Positions 47,656 to 57,851 of a DNA stretch of 64,000 nucleotides are shown one piece after another (within the stretch, counting starts at the first letter, position 1; the number at the start of each line of letters is the position of its first letter). A program made the position numbers and the translations under genes. The stretch covers positions 52,422 to 116,421 of the forward strand of contig CAVQBG010000024.1 in assembly GCA_963710625.1 (NCBI GenBank), read 5' to 3'. The notes beneath the pieces were generated by a model. It saw only the letters and a list, made by a program, of their open reading frames with translations. It searched no databases and was not told the DNA's origin. The DNA is from Ilumatobacteraceae bacterium (GTDB taxonomy: Bacteria; Actinomycetota; Acidimicrobiia; Acidimicrobiales; Ilumatobacteraceae).

Positions 47656-48909
47656 ATGAAGCGCCCCGACGCCCCGGTCGTCGTCGTCGGCGCCGGGCTC
47701 GCCGGCCTGTCGTGCGCGGTCGCGCTCCACGAGGCCGGCGTCGCAGTCCGGGTCGTCGAGGCCTCCGACGGGGTCGGCGGTCGGGTGCGCACCGACCACG
47801 TCGACGGCTACACCCTCGACCGCGGGTTCCAGGTGGCGCTCACCGCCTACCCCGAGATGCACCGCCAGCTCGACATGGACGCACTCGACCTCCGGGCGTT
47901 CGATCCCGGCGCACTCGTGTGGCGTGACGGCAAGGGCTCGGTCGTCGGCGATCCGTTCCGCCGGCCGAGCACCGCGTTCGCCACCGCGACGGCGCCGATC
48001 GGTTCCATGCTCGACAAGGCGCGCATCGGGCTGTTGCGGCATCGCCTACGCAGTGTGCATCCGGTGCAGCTCCTGCGCGGCGACGACACCTCGACCCGCG
48101 ATGCGCTTGCCGACGCCGGGTTCTCCGACACGATCGTCGACCGGTTCTTCCGGCCGCTCGTCGGCGGCATCCAACTCGACCCCGAGCTCGCCGACAGCCG
48201 GCGGATGTTCGACATCATCTTCCGGATGCTGGCCGACGGCGACTCCGCCGTCCCCGCAGCCGGCATGCAGGCGATCCCCGATCAGCTGGCGGCGCGCCTG
48301 CCTTCCGACGCGATCGAGTTCGGCGCCCGCGCGGTCGCGACGACCGACCGGACCGTGATGGTCGAGGGCGGCAACGAGCAGCCGGCCGCTGCGGTGGTCG
48401 TGGCCACCGAAGGACCGGTCGCCGCCGACCTACTCGGCCTGCCACCGGTGGTGTCGAAGTCGGTCGGCGCCGTGTACTTCTCGGCGCCGGAGCCCCCGAT
48501 CGATTCGAAGTTCGTGGTCCTCGACGGCACCGGACGGGGCCCCGTGCTCAACGTCGCTGTGATGAGCAACGTGGCGCCCACGTATGCACCTCCGGGCCGC
48601 CACCTCGTCGTGGCGGCGATGCCCGGCCACGTCGGCGACACGATCGTCGACGACGCTCGCGCACAGCTGCGCAGCTGGTGGGGTGCGCAGGTCGACGCAT
48701 GGGATCACGTCAGCACCTACCGGATCGCACACGGCCAACCGGGGCAGCGGCCACCGTTCGATCCCAAGCAGCGAGTCGAGCTCCCCGACGGTCGATTCGT
48801 CTGCGGCGATCACCGCGACACGGCGTCGATCCAGGGCGCGATGTACTCCGGACGTCGCGCTGCGCTGGCGGTCGCGGCAGCGATCGGTCACACTGGGCCT
48901 CATGGCTGA
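47656..48909 (+). CDS. FAD-dependent oxidoreductase (amine oxidase / desaturase-like)
   Basis: VVVVGAGLAGLSCAVALHEAGVAVRVVEASDGVGGRVRTD. Confidence 0.8.
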   Translation: MKRPDAPVVVVGAGLAGLSCAVALHEAGVAVRVVEASDGVGGRVRTDHVDGYTLDRGFQVALTAYPEMHRQLDMDALDLRAFDPGALVWRDGKGSVVGDPFRRPSTAFATATAPIGSMLDKARIGLLRHRLRSVHPVQLLRGDDTSTRDALADAGFSDTIVDRFFRPLVGGIQLDPELADSRRMFDIIFRMLADGDSAVPAAGMQAIPDQLAARLPSDAIEFGARAVATTDRTVMVEGGNEQPAAAVVVATEGPVAADLLGLPPVVSKSVGAVYFSAPEPPIDSKFVVLDGTGRGPVLNVAVMSNVAPTYAPPGRHLVVAAMPGHVGDTIVDDARAQLRSWWGAQVDAWDHVSTYRIAHGQPGQRPPFDPKQRVELPDGRFVCGDHRDTASIQGAMYSGRRAALAVAAAIGHTGPHG

Positions 48910-49426
48910 CGGGAACGAGAACCATCCGACCGCACACACCGACGAGCGGATCGAACGAGGGATCCGATTCGTGGCCGCCGAACCGCAAGCGGTCTTCGAC
49001 CTCCTCGCCGACCCGAGCCAGCACCCGGTGATCGACGGTTCGGGCACGGTGAAGGCCGCCTCGGACGACCTGCCCGGCCGGTTGACGCTCGGCTCGAAGT
49101 TCGGGATGTCGATGAAGATGGGGGTTCCGTATTCGATCACCAACGAGGTCGTCGAGTTCGACGAACCCAACGTGATCGCCTGGCGGCACACCGGTCACCA
49201 CGTGTGGCGCTATCGCCTGCGTCCCGTCGACGGCGGCACCGAGGTCACCGAGGAGTTCGACTGGGGCGTGGCCCGCGTGCCCCTGGTGTTGAAGCTCACC
49301 GGCACCCCCAAGCGCAACGCCAAGGCGATCGAGGCCACCCTCGATCGCCTCGCTGCCCACTTCGCCGACGACGCCGACCTCGACGCCGGCACCGACACCA
49401 GCACCAGCGCCAGCGCCGCGGAGTGA
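48902..49426 (+). CDS. SRPBCC-superfamily protein
   Basis: IRFVAAEPQAVFDLLADPSQHPVIDGSG...WRYRLRPVDGGTEVTEEFDW. Confidence 0.65.
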   Translation: MADGNENHPTAHTDERIERGIRFVAAEPQAVFDLLADPSQHPVIDGSGTVKAASDDLPGRLTLGSKFGMSMKMGVPYSITNEVVEFDEPNVIAWRHTGHHVWRYRLRPVDGGTEVTEEFDWGVARVPLVLKLTGTPKRNAKAIEATLDRLAAHFADDADLDAGTDTSTSASAAE

Positions 49427-49460
49427 CGTCGATCACACCGCTGAGCAGGACCTTTGACCA

Positions 49461-49475
49461 TCACAACAATTGTGA
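49461..49475. promoter_or_regulatory. Candidate MarR operator
   Basis: TCACAA-CAA-TTGTGA inverted repeat, 22 nt upstream of the marR ATG and next to the GGGAGGGG RBS. Confidence 0.45.
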
Positions 49476-49496
49476 GGGAGGGGTAGCGTCGATGGC

Positions 49497-49946
49497 ATGG
49501 GAACGAACTGGCTCACTCCCGGTGAGATGGCCGCCTGGCGCACGTACATCGAGACCTATGCCGACCTCGTCGCTGCGATCGAACGCGACCTCAGCGCCCA
49601 CGACCTGACCCTCGGCGACTACCAGGTGCTGGTCTACCTGTCGGAGGCCGACGGGCATGCGATGCGCATGTGCGATCTCGCCGACCGTCTCCAACTGTCA
49701 CCGAGCGGGCTCACCCGTCGGCTCGACGGCCTGGTGAAGGCCGGACTCGTCACCCGCGTGCCGTCCACCGAGGACCGCCGCGTGATGATGGCCCAGTTGA
49801 CCGAGGCCGGCTTCGCCTCGCTCCGCGACGCCGCGCCCGACCACGTCGACAGCGTCCGGCGCCACATCTTCGATCTCCTCGACGATCAACAGGTCGTCGC
49901 GATGGCGTCGATCTTCACGGCGATCAGCGCCGGCCTCGAATCGTGA
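49497..49946 (+). CDS. MarR-family transcriptional regulator
   Basis: LTLGDYQVLVYLSEADGHAMRMCDLADRLQLSPSGLTRRLDGLVKAGLVTRVPSTEDRR. Confidence 0.9.
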   Translation: MGTNWLTPGEMAAWRTYIETYADLVAAIERDLSAHDLTLGDYQVLVYLSEADGHAMRMCDLADRLQLSPSGLTRRLDGLVKAGLVTRVPSTEDRRVMMAQLTEAGFASLRDAAPDHVDSVRRHIFDLLDDQQVVAMASIFTAISAGLES

Positions 49947-51100
49947 CCGCACTGCCGGCCGGTTTCCGCAGCCACGTTGCGAACATCGGGGTCAAGGACG
50001 ACACCGACGACTTCGTGGTCGTCGCCGCGGACGCCGCGTCACCGACGGCCGCCGTCTTCACGAAGAGCCGGTTCTCCGGCCCGAGCGTCGCACTCAGCCG
50101 TGCGAACGTCGCGGACGGGATCGCCCGCGCCGTCGTGGTGATCTCCAAGAACGCCAACGTCGCCACCGGAGCCGACGGCCACCACGACGCGATCGAGGTG
50201 GCGCGCTCGGTTGCGGCACGCCTGGGCTGCGAGCCGACCGAGGTGATCGTCACGTCGACCGGTGTCATCGGGCGTCGCTACCCGATCGAGCGGGTGCGTG
50301 CAGGCATCGCCGCGCTGCCGGCGTCGCTGACGTCGAACGACGCCGATGGACCCGCTCGCGGGATGATGACCACCGACACCCACCCCAAGGTCGCCGAGGC
50401 CACGATCGCGGGCAGTGCCGCCCGTGTGGTCGGGATGGCGAAGGGCGTCGGGATGATCGAGCCCGACATGGCGACGCACATCTCGCTGCTGTTCACCGAC
50501 GCCGAGCTGTCGCCCACCGCCCTCGACGCGTGTTTCCGCCGCGTCGTCGACCGGACCTTCAACTGCGTGAGTGTCGACTCCGACACCTCGACGAGCGACT
50601 CGTCGGTGATCATCGCTTCGGGAGCGGCCGGACCGGTCGAGCTCGACGCCTTCGAGTCGGCGTTGTACGACGTGGCGCTCGACCTGACGAAGCAGATCGC
50701 CCGCGACGGCGAGGGCGCCCATTCGCTGATCGAGGTCCACGTCGACACCGCCAGGGATCGAGCGCAGGCCAAGCGGGTCGCGAAGGCGATCGTGAACTCA
50801 CCGCTGGTGAAGACCGCCGTCCACGGCGGCGACCCCAACTGGGGCCGGGTGGCGATGGCGATCGGCAAGTGCAGCGACGACACCGACATCGACCAGGACG
50901 CGGTGGTGATCCGCTTCGGCGACACCGAGGTGTATCCGACCCTCCTCGACGACGCCGCCCTTGCCGCCCTGTCGGGCTACATGCGCAGCCCCGACGTCCG
51001 GATCCACGTGTCGCTCGCGACCGGCACGGCCGATGCGACGGTCTGGGGCTGCGACCTCAGCGACGACTACGTCCGATTCAACGCCGACTACACGACGTAA
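49943..51100 (+). CDS. argJ: ArgJ-family glutamate N-acetyltransferase / amino-acid acetyltransferase
   Basis: GMAKGVGMIEPDMATHISLLFTDA (autoprocessing A-T site)...DGEGA. GTGA overlap with marR. Confidence 0.8.
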   Translation: MTALPAGFRSHVANIGVKDDTDDFVVVAADAASPTAAVFTKSRFSGPSVALSRANVADGIARAVVVISKNANVATGADGHHDAIEVARSVAARLGCEPTEVIVTSTGVIGRRYPIERVRAGIAALPASLTSNDADGPARGMMTTDTHPKVAEATIAGSAARVVGMAKGVGMIEPDMATHISLLFTDAELSPTALDACFRRVVDRTFNCVSVDSDTSTSDSSVIIASGAAGPVELDAFESALYDVALDLTKQIARDGEGAHSLIEVHVDTARDRAQAKRVAKAIVNSPLVKTAVHGGDPNWGRVAMAIGKCSDDTDIDQDAVVIRFGDTEVYPTLLDDAALAALSGYMRSPDVRIHVSLATGTADATVWGCDLSDDYVRFNADYTT

Positions 51101-51245
51101 CGGGCCCCACTCATCCGACCTGCACAACGCCGCCAACCTCGGATTTCCGAAGGGGCGATGGGTGTGTCGAGTGCAAGGCGCGAGACGAGGACGCTGCCTC
51201 AGGGCAGCGACGAGTTCTCGCAACGCAGCAATCGGCCGCCCAGCG

Positions 51246-52022
51246 TCACTTCGGGGGCATGCGGATGCCGCCGTCGACGCGGATCGACTCGGCGTTCATG
51301 TAGCTGTTGGTGACGCATTCGAGCACCATCGACGCGAGCTGCTCGGGGTCGCCGAGGCGCTTCGGGAACAGCACGCCCTTCTGGAGGTTCTCCTTGAACG
51401 CCTCGCTGGCTTCGCCCTCTCCGTAGATCGGGGTGTCGATCAGGCCGGGAGCGACGGTGTTGACGCGAATGCCCACCGCCGAGAGGTCGCGGGCGATCGG
51501 CAGGGTCATGCCGACGACGCCGCCCTTCGAGGCCGAGTAGCTCGCCTGGCCGATCTGGCCGTCGAACGCGGCGACCGAGGCGATGTTGACGATCGCTCCA
51601 CGCTCGCCGTACTCGAGCGGCTCGGTCGTGCTCATCGCCGTGGCGGCGACGCGGATGCAGTCGAAGGTGCCGATCAGGTTGATCGCGATGACCTTCTTGA
51701 AGGCGTCGAGGTTGGCGGCCGACTCGAGCGTGCCGTCCTTGCCGACCGTGCGCTGCGCCCAGCCGATGCCGGCGGAGTTGACGAGCACTCGCACGGGTCC
51801 CATCGACTTGGCCATCTCGACCGCGTTGACGATGTCGTCGGTGTTGGTGACGTCGACCTTGCAGAACGCACCGCCGATCTCGTCGGCGAGTTCGTTGCCC
51901 TTGTCCTCCTGCAGGTCGGCGATGACGACCTTGGCTCCCTTGGCGGCCAGCATCCGGGCCGAGGCGGCTCCGATTCCTGATGCTCCACCGGTGACGATTG
52001 CGCTTGCTCCAGAGATGTCCAT
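51246..52022 (-). CDS. Short-chain dehydrogenase (3-hydroxyacyl-CoA dehydrogenase type-2-like)
   Basis: AIVTGGASGIGAA...NSAGIG...YSASKGGVVGMT. Start set at MDISGAS. Confidence 0.85.
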   Translation of the reverse strand: MDISGASAIVTGGASGIGAASARMLAAKGAKVVIADLQEDKGNELADEIGGAFCKVDVTNTDDIVNAVEMAKSMGPVRVLVNSAGIGWAQRTVGKDGTLESAANLDAFKKVIAINLIGTFDCIRVAATAMSTTEPLEYGERGAIVNIASVAAFDGQIGQASYSASKGGVVGMTLPIARDLSAVGIRVNTVAPGLIDTPIYGEGEASEAFKENLQKGVLFPKRLGDPEQLASMVLECVTNSYMNAESIRVDGGIRMPPK

Positions 52023-52080
52023 GGCCGCGAAACCTATTCGGCCAGAGGCCGCCGTGAGCAATCGGGCAACGCCGTCGAGG

Positions 52081-55000
52081 TCAGATCGGTGCGGGACCGA
52101 TGTTGTTGCGGGTGTCGACGAGACGCTTGGGGATGTTCCCCGTGAACGCCGGCTCGGCGCCGCCCGTGAACCAGCCGGCGATGTCGACGAGCAGGTCCGA
52201 GTCGGCATAGGTGTAGACGCACACCGAGCCATCGGGCCCGATCGGCGCGACGACGCCGTTGGCGACGGTCGATCCGCGTGTGAAGTTGACGTTCGAGGCT
52301 TCCGGGCGGGGCGTCCCGCACGGCCAGACCGTTGCGAAACCGTCGCCCCTCGTGTCGGTCATCGTGACGTTGAGCGCCACCGCGGTGGCATCGCCGGGCA
52401 CTTGCCGGGCGACACCGTCGACGATCACGGTCACGCCGCGGACCGGCACCGCCTTCGGGGCACCCGGGGTGATGACGCCACGCGGTCCACCGATCGCGTT
52501 GCGGGTGTCGACCAGCCGGAGGGGGACGCTGCCGACGTACGGCGGCGTGCCGGCGCCGGCAGTGAACCATCCCAGCACGTCGACGAGCACGTCGGCCTCC
52601 TGGCTCGAGTACAGGCAGATCGCACCGGCGGCGCCGAGCGAGGCGACCACCCCGTTCGCAACGACCGAGCCCCTGGTGAAGTTGACGTTCGAGGCCTCCG
52701 GTCGTGGAGCGCCGCACGGCCACACCGTGAAGTAGCCAGCGCTCGACGGACCGACGGCGGTGACGTTCATCGCCACCGCGGTCGTGTCACCCGGAACGAG
52801 TTCCTGGGCGCCGTCGGTGCGCTGCATCGCGGCGCCGGCGATCGGAAGGGTGATCGTGCCACCGGCTGGGATCCGGACCTTGGGTGCACCGATCGCGTTG
52901 CGGGTGTCGAGCAACCGCCGCGGCGTCGCCCCGACGAAGGTCGGGACGCCGCTCGAGGCGCCCGAGAACCAGCCTGCGATGTCGACGAGGAAGTCGGTCG
53001 GCTGGTTGGAGTAGAAGCAGACCGTGCCACTCGCGCCGACCGGGGCGATCACGCCGTTGGCGACCACCGAGCCGGTGACGAAGTTGAGGTTCGACGCCTC
53101 CGGCCGCGCGACGTCGCACGGCCACACCGTGACGTAGCCGGGGGCGGAGGGGCCCACCGCAGTGATGTTCAGGGCAACCGCCGAGGCACCGGCAGGGATC
53201 GCCCGGGCCACGCCATCGGGGCCGACGACGTTCTCACCGACCACCGGGAGTTCGATCCGCTGATTCGCAGAGAACCGGCGTGACGAGACGAATGCTCCGC
53301 TGCTCCCGCCTGGACCGGATGCACCGGCCACCTGGCGGAGCCAGAGCGCGAACTCGGCCTGGCCGGTCGACGTGAGATGGACGCCGTCGGAGAACCACCG
53401 GGCGCGTTCGATGCCCGCACCTGCGCTCGCAGCGTTCCAGTCGGCGACGACCAGGTTCGGCCAGCGGCCGCGGGCCGCGTTCAGTGCAGCATTGGCCGGG
53501 CCGTAGTACGAGGTTCCGCCAGAGACGGTACGCAGCTCGGCCATGTTCACCCAGATCACTCGCTTGGTGCCGCGCTGGTTGAGCGCGTTCATCATGGCGT
53601 CGATGTCGGCGGCCATGTTCGTCGACGGGTTGTAGCCGAGCTCGACGATCGCCAGGTCGAGGTTCATCGGCACGCCGTTGGCCACCTGGACGCCACTCGG
53701 CGACGGCGGCGTCTTGGTGATGAACCGACTGTCGAGCACATCGACCGCGAGCGACGTGAACGTGCCGTCGGTGAGCGTCCGGAACTCCGAGGTGGCCGTC
53801 CCGGCGATCGAGTTGGCCACCGAGTCGCCGATCAGCGCCACGTTCGCAGGAACCGAGTCACGGGTGACCACTCGCACCGTGAAACCGGGCGACAGCAGTC
53901 CCTGTTGACCCCGGAAGTCCCACGCGTTGATCCGAGCGGTCTGGCCGTTCGAGCCGGTCAGGACGATGTCGTTGAACCAGATGCCGTCGAACTGCTGATA
54001 GGTCGTCGACTGCGCCTCGACCATCGACGCCGAGGTGATCGAGCCGAGGCCGTAGCGGGCGGCGAGTGCATCGGCGTCGAGCACCCGCGTCCAGCGGTGA
54101 TTCGGGTTGTTCGACGTGCTGTCCCCGGGAGCATCGTCGCGGACAGGGAAGACGCCACCGGCGGTTCGCGGGCCGTTCGACGCGGAGAACTCGGTCGACA
54201 CGATGTTGTTCGTCCCGGCCCAGAAGCGCACGACGCCCGCGGTTGCAGCGATCGCCTGATCGGTGCGGAAGTCCTCGACCAGCGTCGGGGTGCCGCCAGC
54301 AACCGCCCGAGTGGCCGATCCGCCGTAGACCTGACACGACTGGCTGTCGCACGTGGTGGCGTAGGGCGAGTACCGGTTCTGCTCGAGGCCGTACGAGCGA
54401 GCAGCGACCGCCTGGGCCTGCACGGCCTGCGCGCCACTGCCGGCACCTGCCTGCGCCCAGCTCGCCGAAACCTCCTTGGGGACCACGCCGCGCAGGTAGT
54501 CCTCGACGGCGACGTCGTTGACGACCCGGGTCGCGCCCCCGACGTTCCACACCTCGAGTGCGCCGCGGTAGTGCGTGACCGAACCGTTGGGCTCGCACAG
54601 ACCGAGGGCGGTCGTCGGTCCCTCGCCCGGAGCGGTGGTGAACCGCGGCGGGGCGGCCGACGTCCCGATCGGGACGAACGTCGCTGCCGAGGTGCTCCCA
54701 GCGATCATCGCCCGTGCCGCGTTCGCGTCGTCGGTCTCCCAGCGTCCGTCCTGCGGGAGCCCGCGATTCGCCTGGAAGCGGATGACGGCGCCCTCGGTGA
54801 GGTTCCCGAAGTCACCGTCGACGCCACCGGGCTCGAAACCGAAGACCGTGAGGAACTGCTGGACCTGTCGGACGGCGTCGCCGGTGGCTCCCTTGGCCAG
54901 CGGGCCGTCCGGGACGACGAGCGCGGTCGCTGCGGGGCAGGCGACGCCCGTCGAACCCCAGATGTCGTAGCCGCCCGCGCTGTTGCGGATCGCCTGCATC

Positions 55001-55359
55001 GACGCCCGTGTCTGCGAACCCCAGGTGACTCCGGCGCCGTGCGAGATCACCCCGACGGTGTTGACACCGTCGAGATCGAGCAGCCGCACCCGGATCCGGC
55101 GATCGGTCGGCACGGAACCGGCGACGGTGTTCCCGTAGTAGTGGTCGAGGATCTGTTGCCAGTTCCACCCCTGGTCGACCGCCCAACCATATGCACCCCA
55201 CTGGCTCATCCCGCGGCCGTGGCCGTTGCCGACGCCGTCGACGACCACGGCGATGATGTCGTTCGGCGCCGCCTGGGCGCTCGACGAGCCGCCGGGCAGC
55301 GGCAGCGTCGTGACGCCGAGGGCGGCGACGAGCGCGAACACGATCCGGCGAACGATCAC
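52081..55359 (-). CDS. Secreted multidomain cell-wall protein: SpoIID/LytB domain with an embedded PG-binding domain, SGNH-hydrolase-like domain, and three ~115-aa repeat modules
   Basis: Signal peptide, then GNGHGRGMSQWGAYGWA...VEDYLRGVVPKEVSASW...AQAVAARSY. PG_binding: GDAVRQVQQFLTVFGFEPGGVDGDFG. SGNH: VALIGDSVANS...FSDGVHLT. Modules carry WPC...P(E/V)ASN(L/V)NF...VANGV. The GTG start overlaps the upstream stop (GTGA). Confidence 0.8.
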   Translation of the reverse strand: MIVRRIVFALVAALGVTTLPLPGGSSSAQAAPNDIIAVVVDGVGNGHGRGMSQWGAYGWAVDQGWNWQQILDHYYGNTVAGSVPTDRRIRVRLLDLDGVNTVGVISHGAGVTWGSQTRASMQAIRNSAGGYDIWGSTGVACPAATALVVPDGPLAKGATGDAVRQVQQFLTVFGFEPGGVDGDFGNLTEGAVIRFQANRGLPQDGRWETDDANAARAMIAGSTSAATFVPIGTSAAPPRFTTAPGEGPTTALGLCEPNGSVTHYRGALEVWNVGGATRVVNDVAVEDYLRGVVPKEVSASWAQAGAGSGAQAVQAQAVAARSYGLEQNRYSPYATTCDSQSCQVYGGSATRAVAGGTPTLVEDFRTDQAIAATAGVVRFWAGTNNIVSTEFSASNGPRTAGGVFPVRDDAPGDSTSNNPNHRWTRVLDADALAARYGLGSITSASMVEAQSTTYQQFDGIWFNDIVLTGSNGQTARINAWDFRGQQGLLSPGFTVRVVTRDSVPANVALIGDSVANSIAGTATSEFRTLTDGTFTSLAVDVLDSRFITKTPPSPSGVQVANGVPMNLDLAIVELGYNPSTNMAADIDAMMNALNQRGTKRVIWVNMAELRTVSGGTSYYGPANAALNAARGRWPNLVVADWNAASAGAGIERARWFSDGVHLTSTGQAEFALWLRQVAGASGPGGSSGAFVSSRRFSANQRIELPVVGENVVGPDGVARAIPAGASAVALNITAVGPSAPGYVTVWPCDVARPEASNLNFVTGSVVANGVIAPVGASGTVCFYSNQPTDFLVDIAGWFSGASSGVPTFVGATPRRLLDTRNAIGAPKVRIPAGGTITLPIAGAAMQRTDGAQELVPGDTTAVAMNVTAVGPSSAGYFTVWPCGAPRPEASNVNFTRGSVVANGVVASLGAAGAICLYSSQEADVLVDVLGWFTAGAGTPPYVGSVPLRLVDTRNAIGGPRGVITPGAPKAVPVRGVTVIVDGVARQVPGDATAVALNVTMTDTRGDGFATVWPCGTPRPEASNVNFTRGSTVANGVVAPIGPDGSVCVYTYADSDLLVDIAGWFTGGAEPAFTGNIPKRLVDTRNNIGPAPI

Positions 55360-57851
55360 AGCGGCACCGGCCCGATGTTGTTGCGGGTGTCGACCAACCG
55401 CCGGGGCACGTTGCCGACGAACGCTGCGTCGGGACCTCCGGCGAACCAGCCGGCGAGGTCGACGAGCAGATGGGCATCGGTGCTCGTGTACACGCACACC
55501 GACCCGTCGGGCCCGATCGGAGCGACCACGCCGTTGGCAACCGTGGCGCCAGCGGCGAAGTTGACGTTCGAAGCCTCGGGACGTGGCGTGCCGCACGGCC
55601 AGACGGTGGCGTACCCCTGCGCGCCGGCGTCGACCATCGTGACGTTGAGCGCCACCGCCGAGGCGTCGGCGGGAACCTGACGGGCGACGCCACCGACGTC
55701 GACGGTCACACCGCGGACCGGAACCGAACGGGGCGTCGCGGGCCTGACCACTCCGGTCGGCCCACCGACCGCGTTGCGGGTGTCGACCAGCCGGAGCGGG
55801 TTGGCGCCGACGAACGCCGGCTGCCCACCGCCCCCGAACCAGCCGAGCACGTCGACCAGGACATCGGACGCCTGGTCGGAGAAGATGCAGATCGCTCCAC
55901 CGGCGCCGAGCGCGGCGACGACGCCATTGGCGACCACGGAGCCGGGCGTGAAGTTCACGTTCGACGCGACCGGCATCGGAGCGCCGCACGGCCACACGGT
56001 GAAGTAGCCGGCGCGGGCGGGGCCGACCGCCGTGACGTTGACCGCGACAGCGGTCGCGTCGGCGGGGATCGTCGTCGCCGCGCCACCGGTCGTCCGCATC
56101 GCGGCGCCTGCCATCGGCACCGTGACCGTGCCGCCGGCGGGGATCCGCGCCCGGGGGACACCGATCGCGTTGCGGGTGTCGACCACGCGGAGCGGGGTCA
56201 CACCGGCGAACGCCGGCCCGCCGTTCGATCCACCGCCGTCGGAGAACCAACCGGCGATGTCGACGAGGAAGTGCGTCGTCGCGTTCGAGAAGAAGCAGAC
56301 CTTGCCACTGGCGCCGACGGGCGCGACCACGCCGTTGGCGACCACCGAGCCGGTGACGAAGTTGAGGTTCGACGCCTCGGGCCGCGCGACGTCGCAGGGC
56401 CACACGGTGGCGTATCCCGCAGCCGACGGACCGACCGCCGTGATGTTCAGCGCAACGGCCGACACCCCGGCGGGGATCACCGCCACGGTGCCGTCGGGCT
56501 GCGTGACGCTCTCGCCGACGACCTGGAGTTCGATGCGCTGGTTCGCGGCCATCGGGCGCGCCCCTCGTGGCTCGCCGCGCAGCGTGAAGCCCGGCGACGG
56601 CAGGCCGTTCTGCCCACGGAACGTCCACGCCGGGATCCGTGCCGTGCCCGAGGTGCCGACGAGGACGACGTCGTTGTACCAGATCCCGTCGTAACGGGGA
56701 TCGCCCTCCACCATCGACACCGACAGCAGCGTGCCGAGCCCGTGGCGTGCGGCCAGGACGTCGCCGTCGAGCACGCGCGTCCACCGGTGGTTGCGGTTGA
56801 GGCTCGTGCCGTCGCCGGGCGCGTCGTCGCGGACCGGGAACGGCCACCCGGCGGTACGCGGCCCGTTCGACCCCGAGTACTCCGTCGACACGATCGATCC
56901 CGCGGTGCCGGCGCCGGCCACGTCGAGGAGCCAGCGGCGGACCTTGCCGACCGTGTCGGAGATGGCGGTGTCGGAGCGGACGTCCTCGACCGGTGTGGCA
57001 GCGGAGGCGGCCGACGGGCGCGACGCCGCCCCGAAGTAGACCTGGCACGACTGCGTGTCGCAGATGCCGGTCAACCACCGTCCCGGCTGGAGTGCGAACG
57101 ACCGGGCTGCGACCGCCTGAGCCATCACGGCCTGCTTGCCGCGGCCGCCACCGGCGTCGGCCCAGCTCGCCGAGATCTCCTTGGGGACCACGCCGCGCAG
57201 GTAGTCCTCGACCAGCACACGGTTGACGACGCGGTTCGCCGCGCCGTCCTCGACGCGGATCGATCCGCGGTAGTGGGTGACACGGCCGGTGCGGTCGCAC
57301 ACCCCGAGCGCCGAGGTGGCGGGGCCGGTCGTCATGCGCGCCGCGTTGACGGGCCCGTTGTCGGTGGTGAACTCGACCGGGCCGGGGACCGGCCCGCCGA
57401 GCGGCGTCCAACCGTCGAAGTCCCCCGTGGGACACTGCGGCGCAGCCGTGCTGTAGACCTGGAACGAGTTGGGGCCGACTTCGACGGCGGCCATCGTGGC
57501 CGCCGCGGCGTTGCCCGCCCAGCCGACGTTGTTCGTGTACGACACGACGCCGACGGTGGACATGCCGTCGAGTCCCTTGAGTTGGACGTCGATCGTGCCG
57601 GACGTGTCGGTGTCGCCCATCGCCGTGTTGCCGTAGTAGTGGTCGAGGATCTGCTGCCAGTTCCACCCCTGGTCGACCGCCCACCCATAGGCACCCCACT
57701 GGCTCATCCCCCGGCCATGGCCGTTGCCGGTGCCCTCGACGATCACCGATCCGATCGGCGCCTGCGCGGATGCGACCGGTCCAGGGGCGCCGACGACGGG
57801 GACGACGGTGAGGCCGAGCACGGCCGCGACAACGATCAGCGCTCGGCGCAT
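55356..57851 (-). CDS. Secreted SpoIID/LytB-domain protein with three C-terminal repeat modules; paralog of the downstream gene
   Basis: MRRALIVVAAVLGLTVVPVVGAPGPVASAQA signal peptide, the same SpoIID motifs, and three modules about 75-80% similar (by eye) to those of 52081-55359. Confidence 0.8.
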   Translation of the reverse strand: MRRALIVVAAVLGLTVVPVVGAPGPVASAQAPIGSVIVEGTGNGHGRGMSQWGAYGWAVDQGWNWQQILDHYYGNTAMGDTDTSGTIDVQLKGLDGMSTVGVVSYTNNVGWAGNAAAATMAAVEVGPNSFQVYSTAAPQCPTGDFDGWTPLGGPVPGPVEFTTDNGPVNAARMTTGPATSALGVCDRTGRVTHYRGSIRVEDGAANRVVNRVLVEDYLRGVVPKEISASWADAGGGRGKQAVMAQAVAARSFALQPGRWLTGICDTQSCQVYFGAASRPSAASAATPVEDVRSDTAISDTVGKVRRWLLDVAGAGTAGSIVSTEYSGSNGPRTAGWPFPVRDDAPGDGTSLNRNHRWTRVLDGDVLAARHGLGTLLSVSMVEGDPRYDGIWYNDVVLVGTSGTARIPAWTFRGQNGLPSPGFTLRGEPRGARPMAANQRIELQVVGESVTQPDGTVAVIPAGVSAVALNITAVGPSAAGYATVWPCDVARPEASNLNFVTGSVVANGVVAPVGASGKVCFFSNATTHFLVDIAGWFSDGGGSNGGPAFAGVTPLRVVDTRNAIGVPRARIPAGGTVTVPMAGAAMRTTGGAATTIPADATAVAVNVTAVGPARAGYFTVWPCGAPMPVASNVNFTPGSVVANGVVAALGAGGAICIFSDQASDVLVDVLGWFGGGGQPAFVGANPLRLVDTRNAVGGPTGVVRPATPRSVPVRGVTVDVGGVARQVPADASAVALNVTMVDAGAQGYATVWPCGTPRPEASNVNFAAGATVANGVVAPIGPDGSVCVYTSTDAHLLVDLAGWFAGGPDAAFVGNVPRRLVDTRNNIGPVPL

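Noticed and set aside
51192-51209. Short hairpin CGCTGCC-TCAG-GGCAGCG between convergent argJ and the SDR gene.
   Set aside because: It is probably an ordinary bidirectional terminator. It is too short and generic to report as a finding.
52081-57699. A single 1872-aa ORF spanning both SpoIID genes.
   Set aside because: Upstream of 55359 this frame is the out-of-frame shadow of gene 55356-57851 (Arg-rich nonsense). The genuine protein starts at GTG 55359 with a signal peptide, overlapping the upstream stop.
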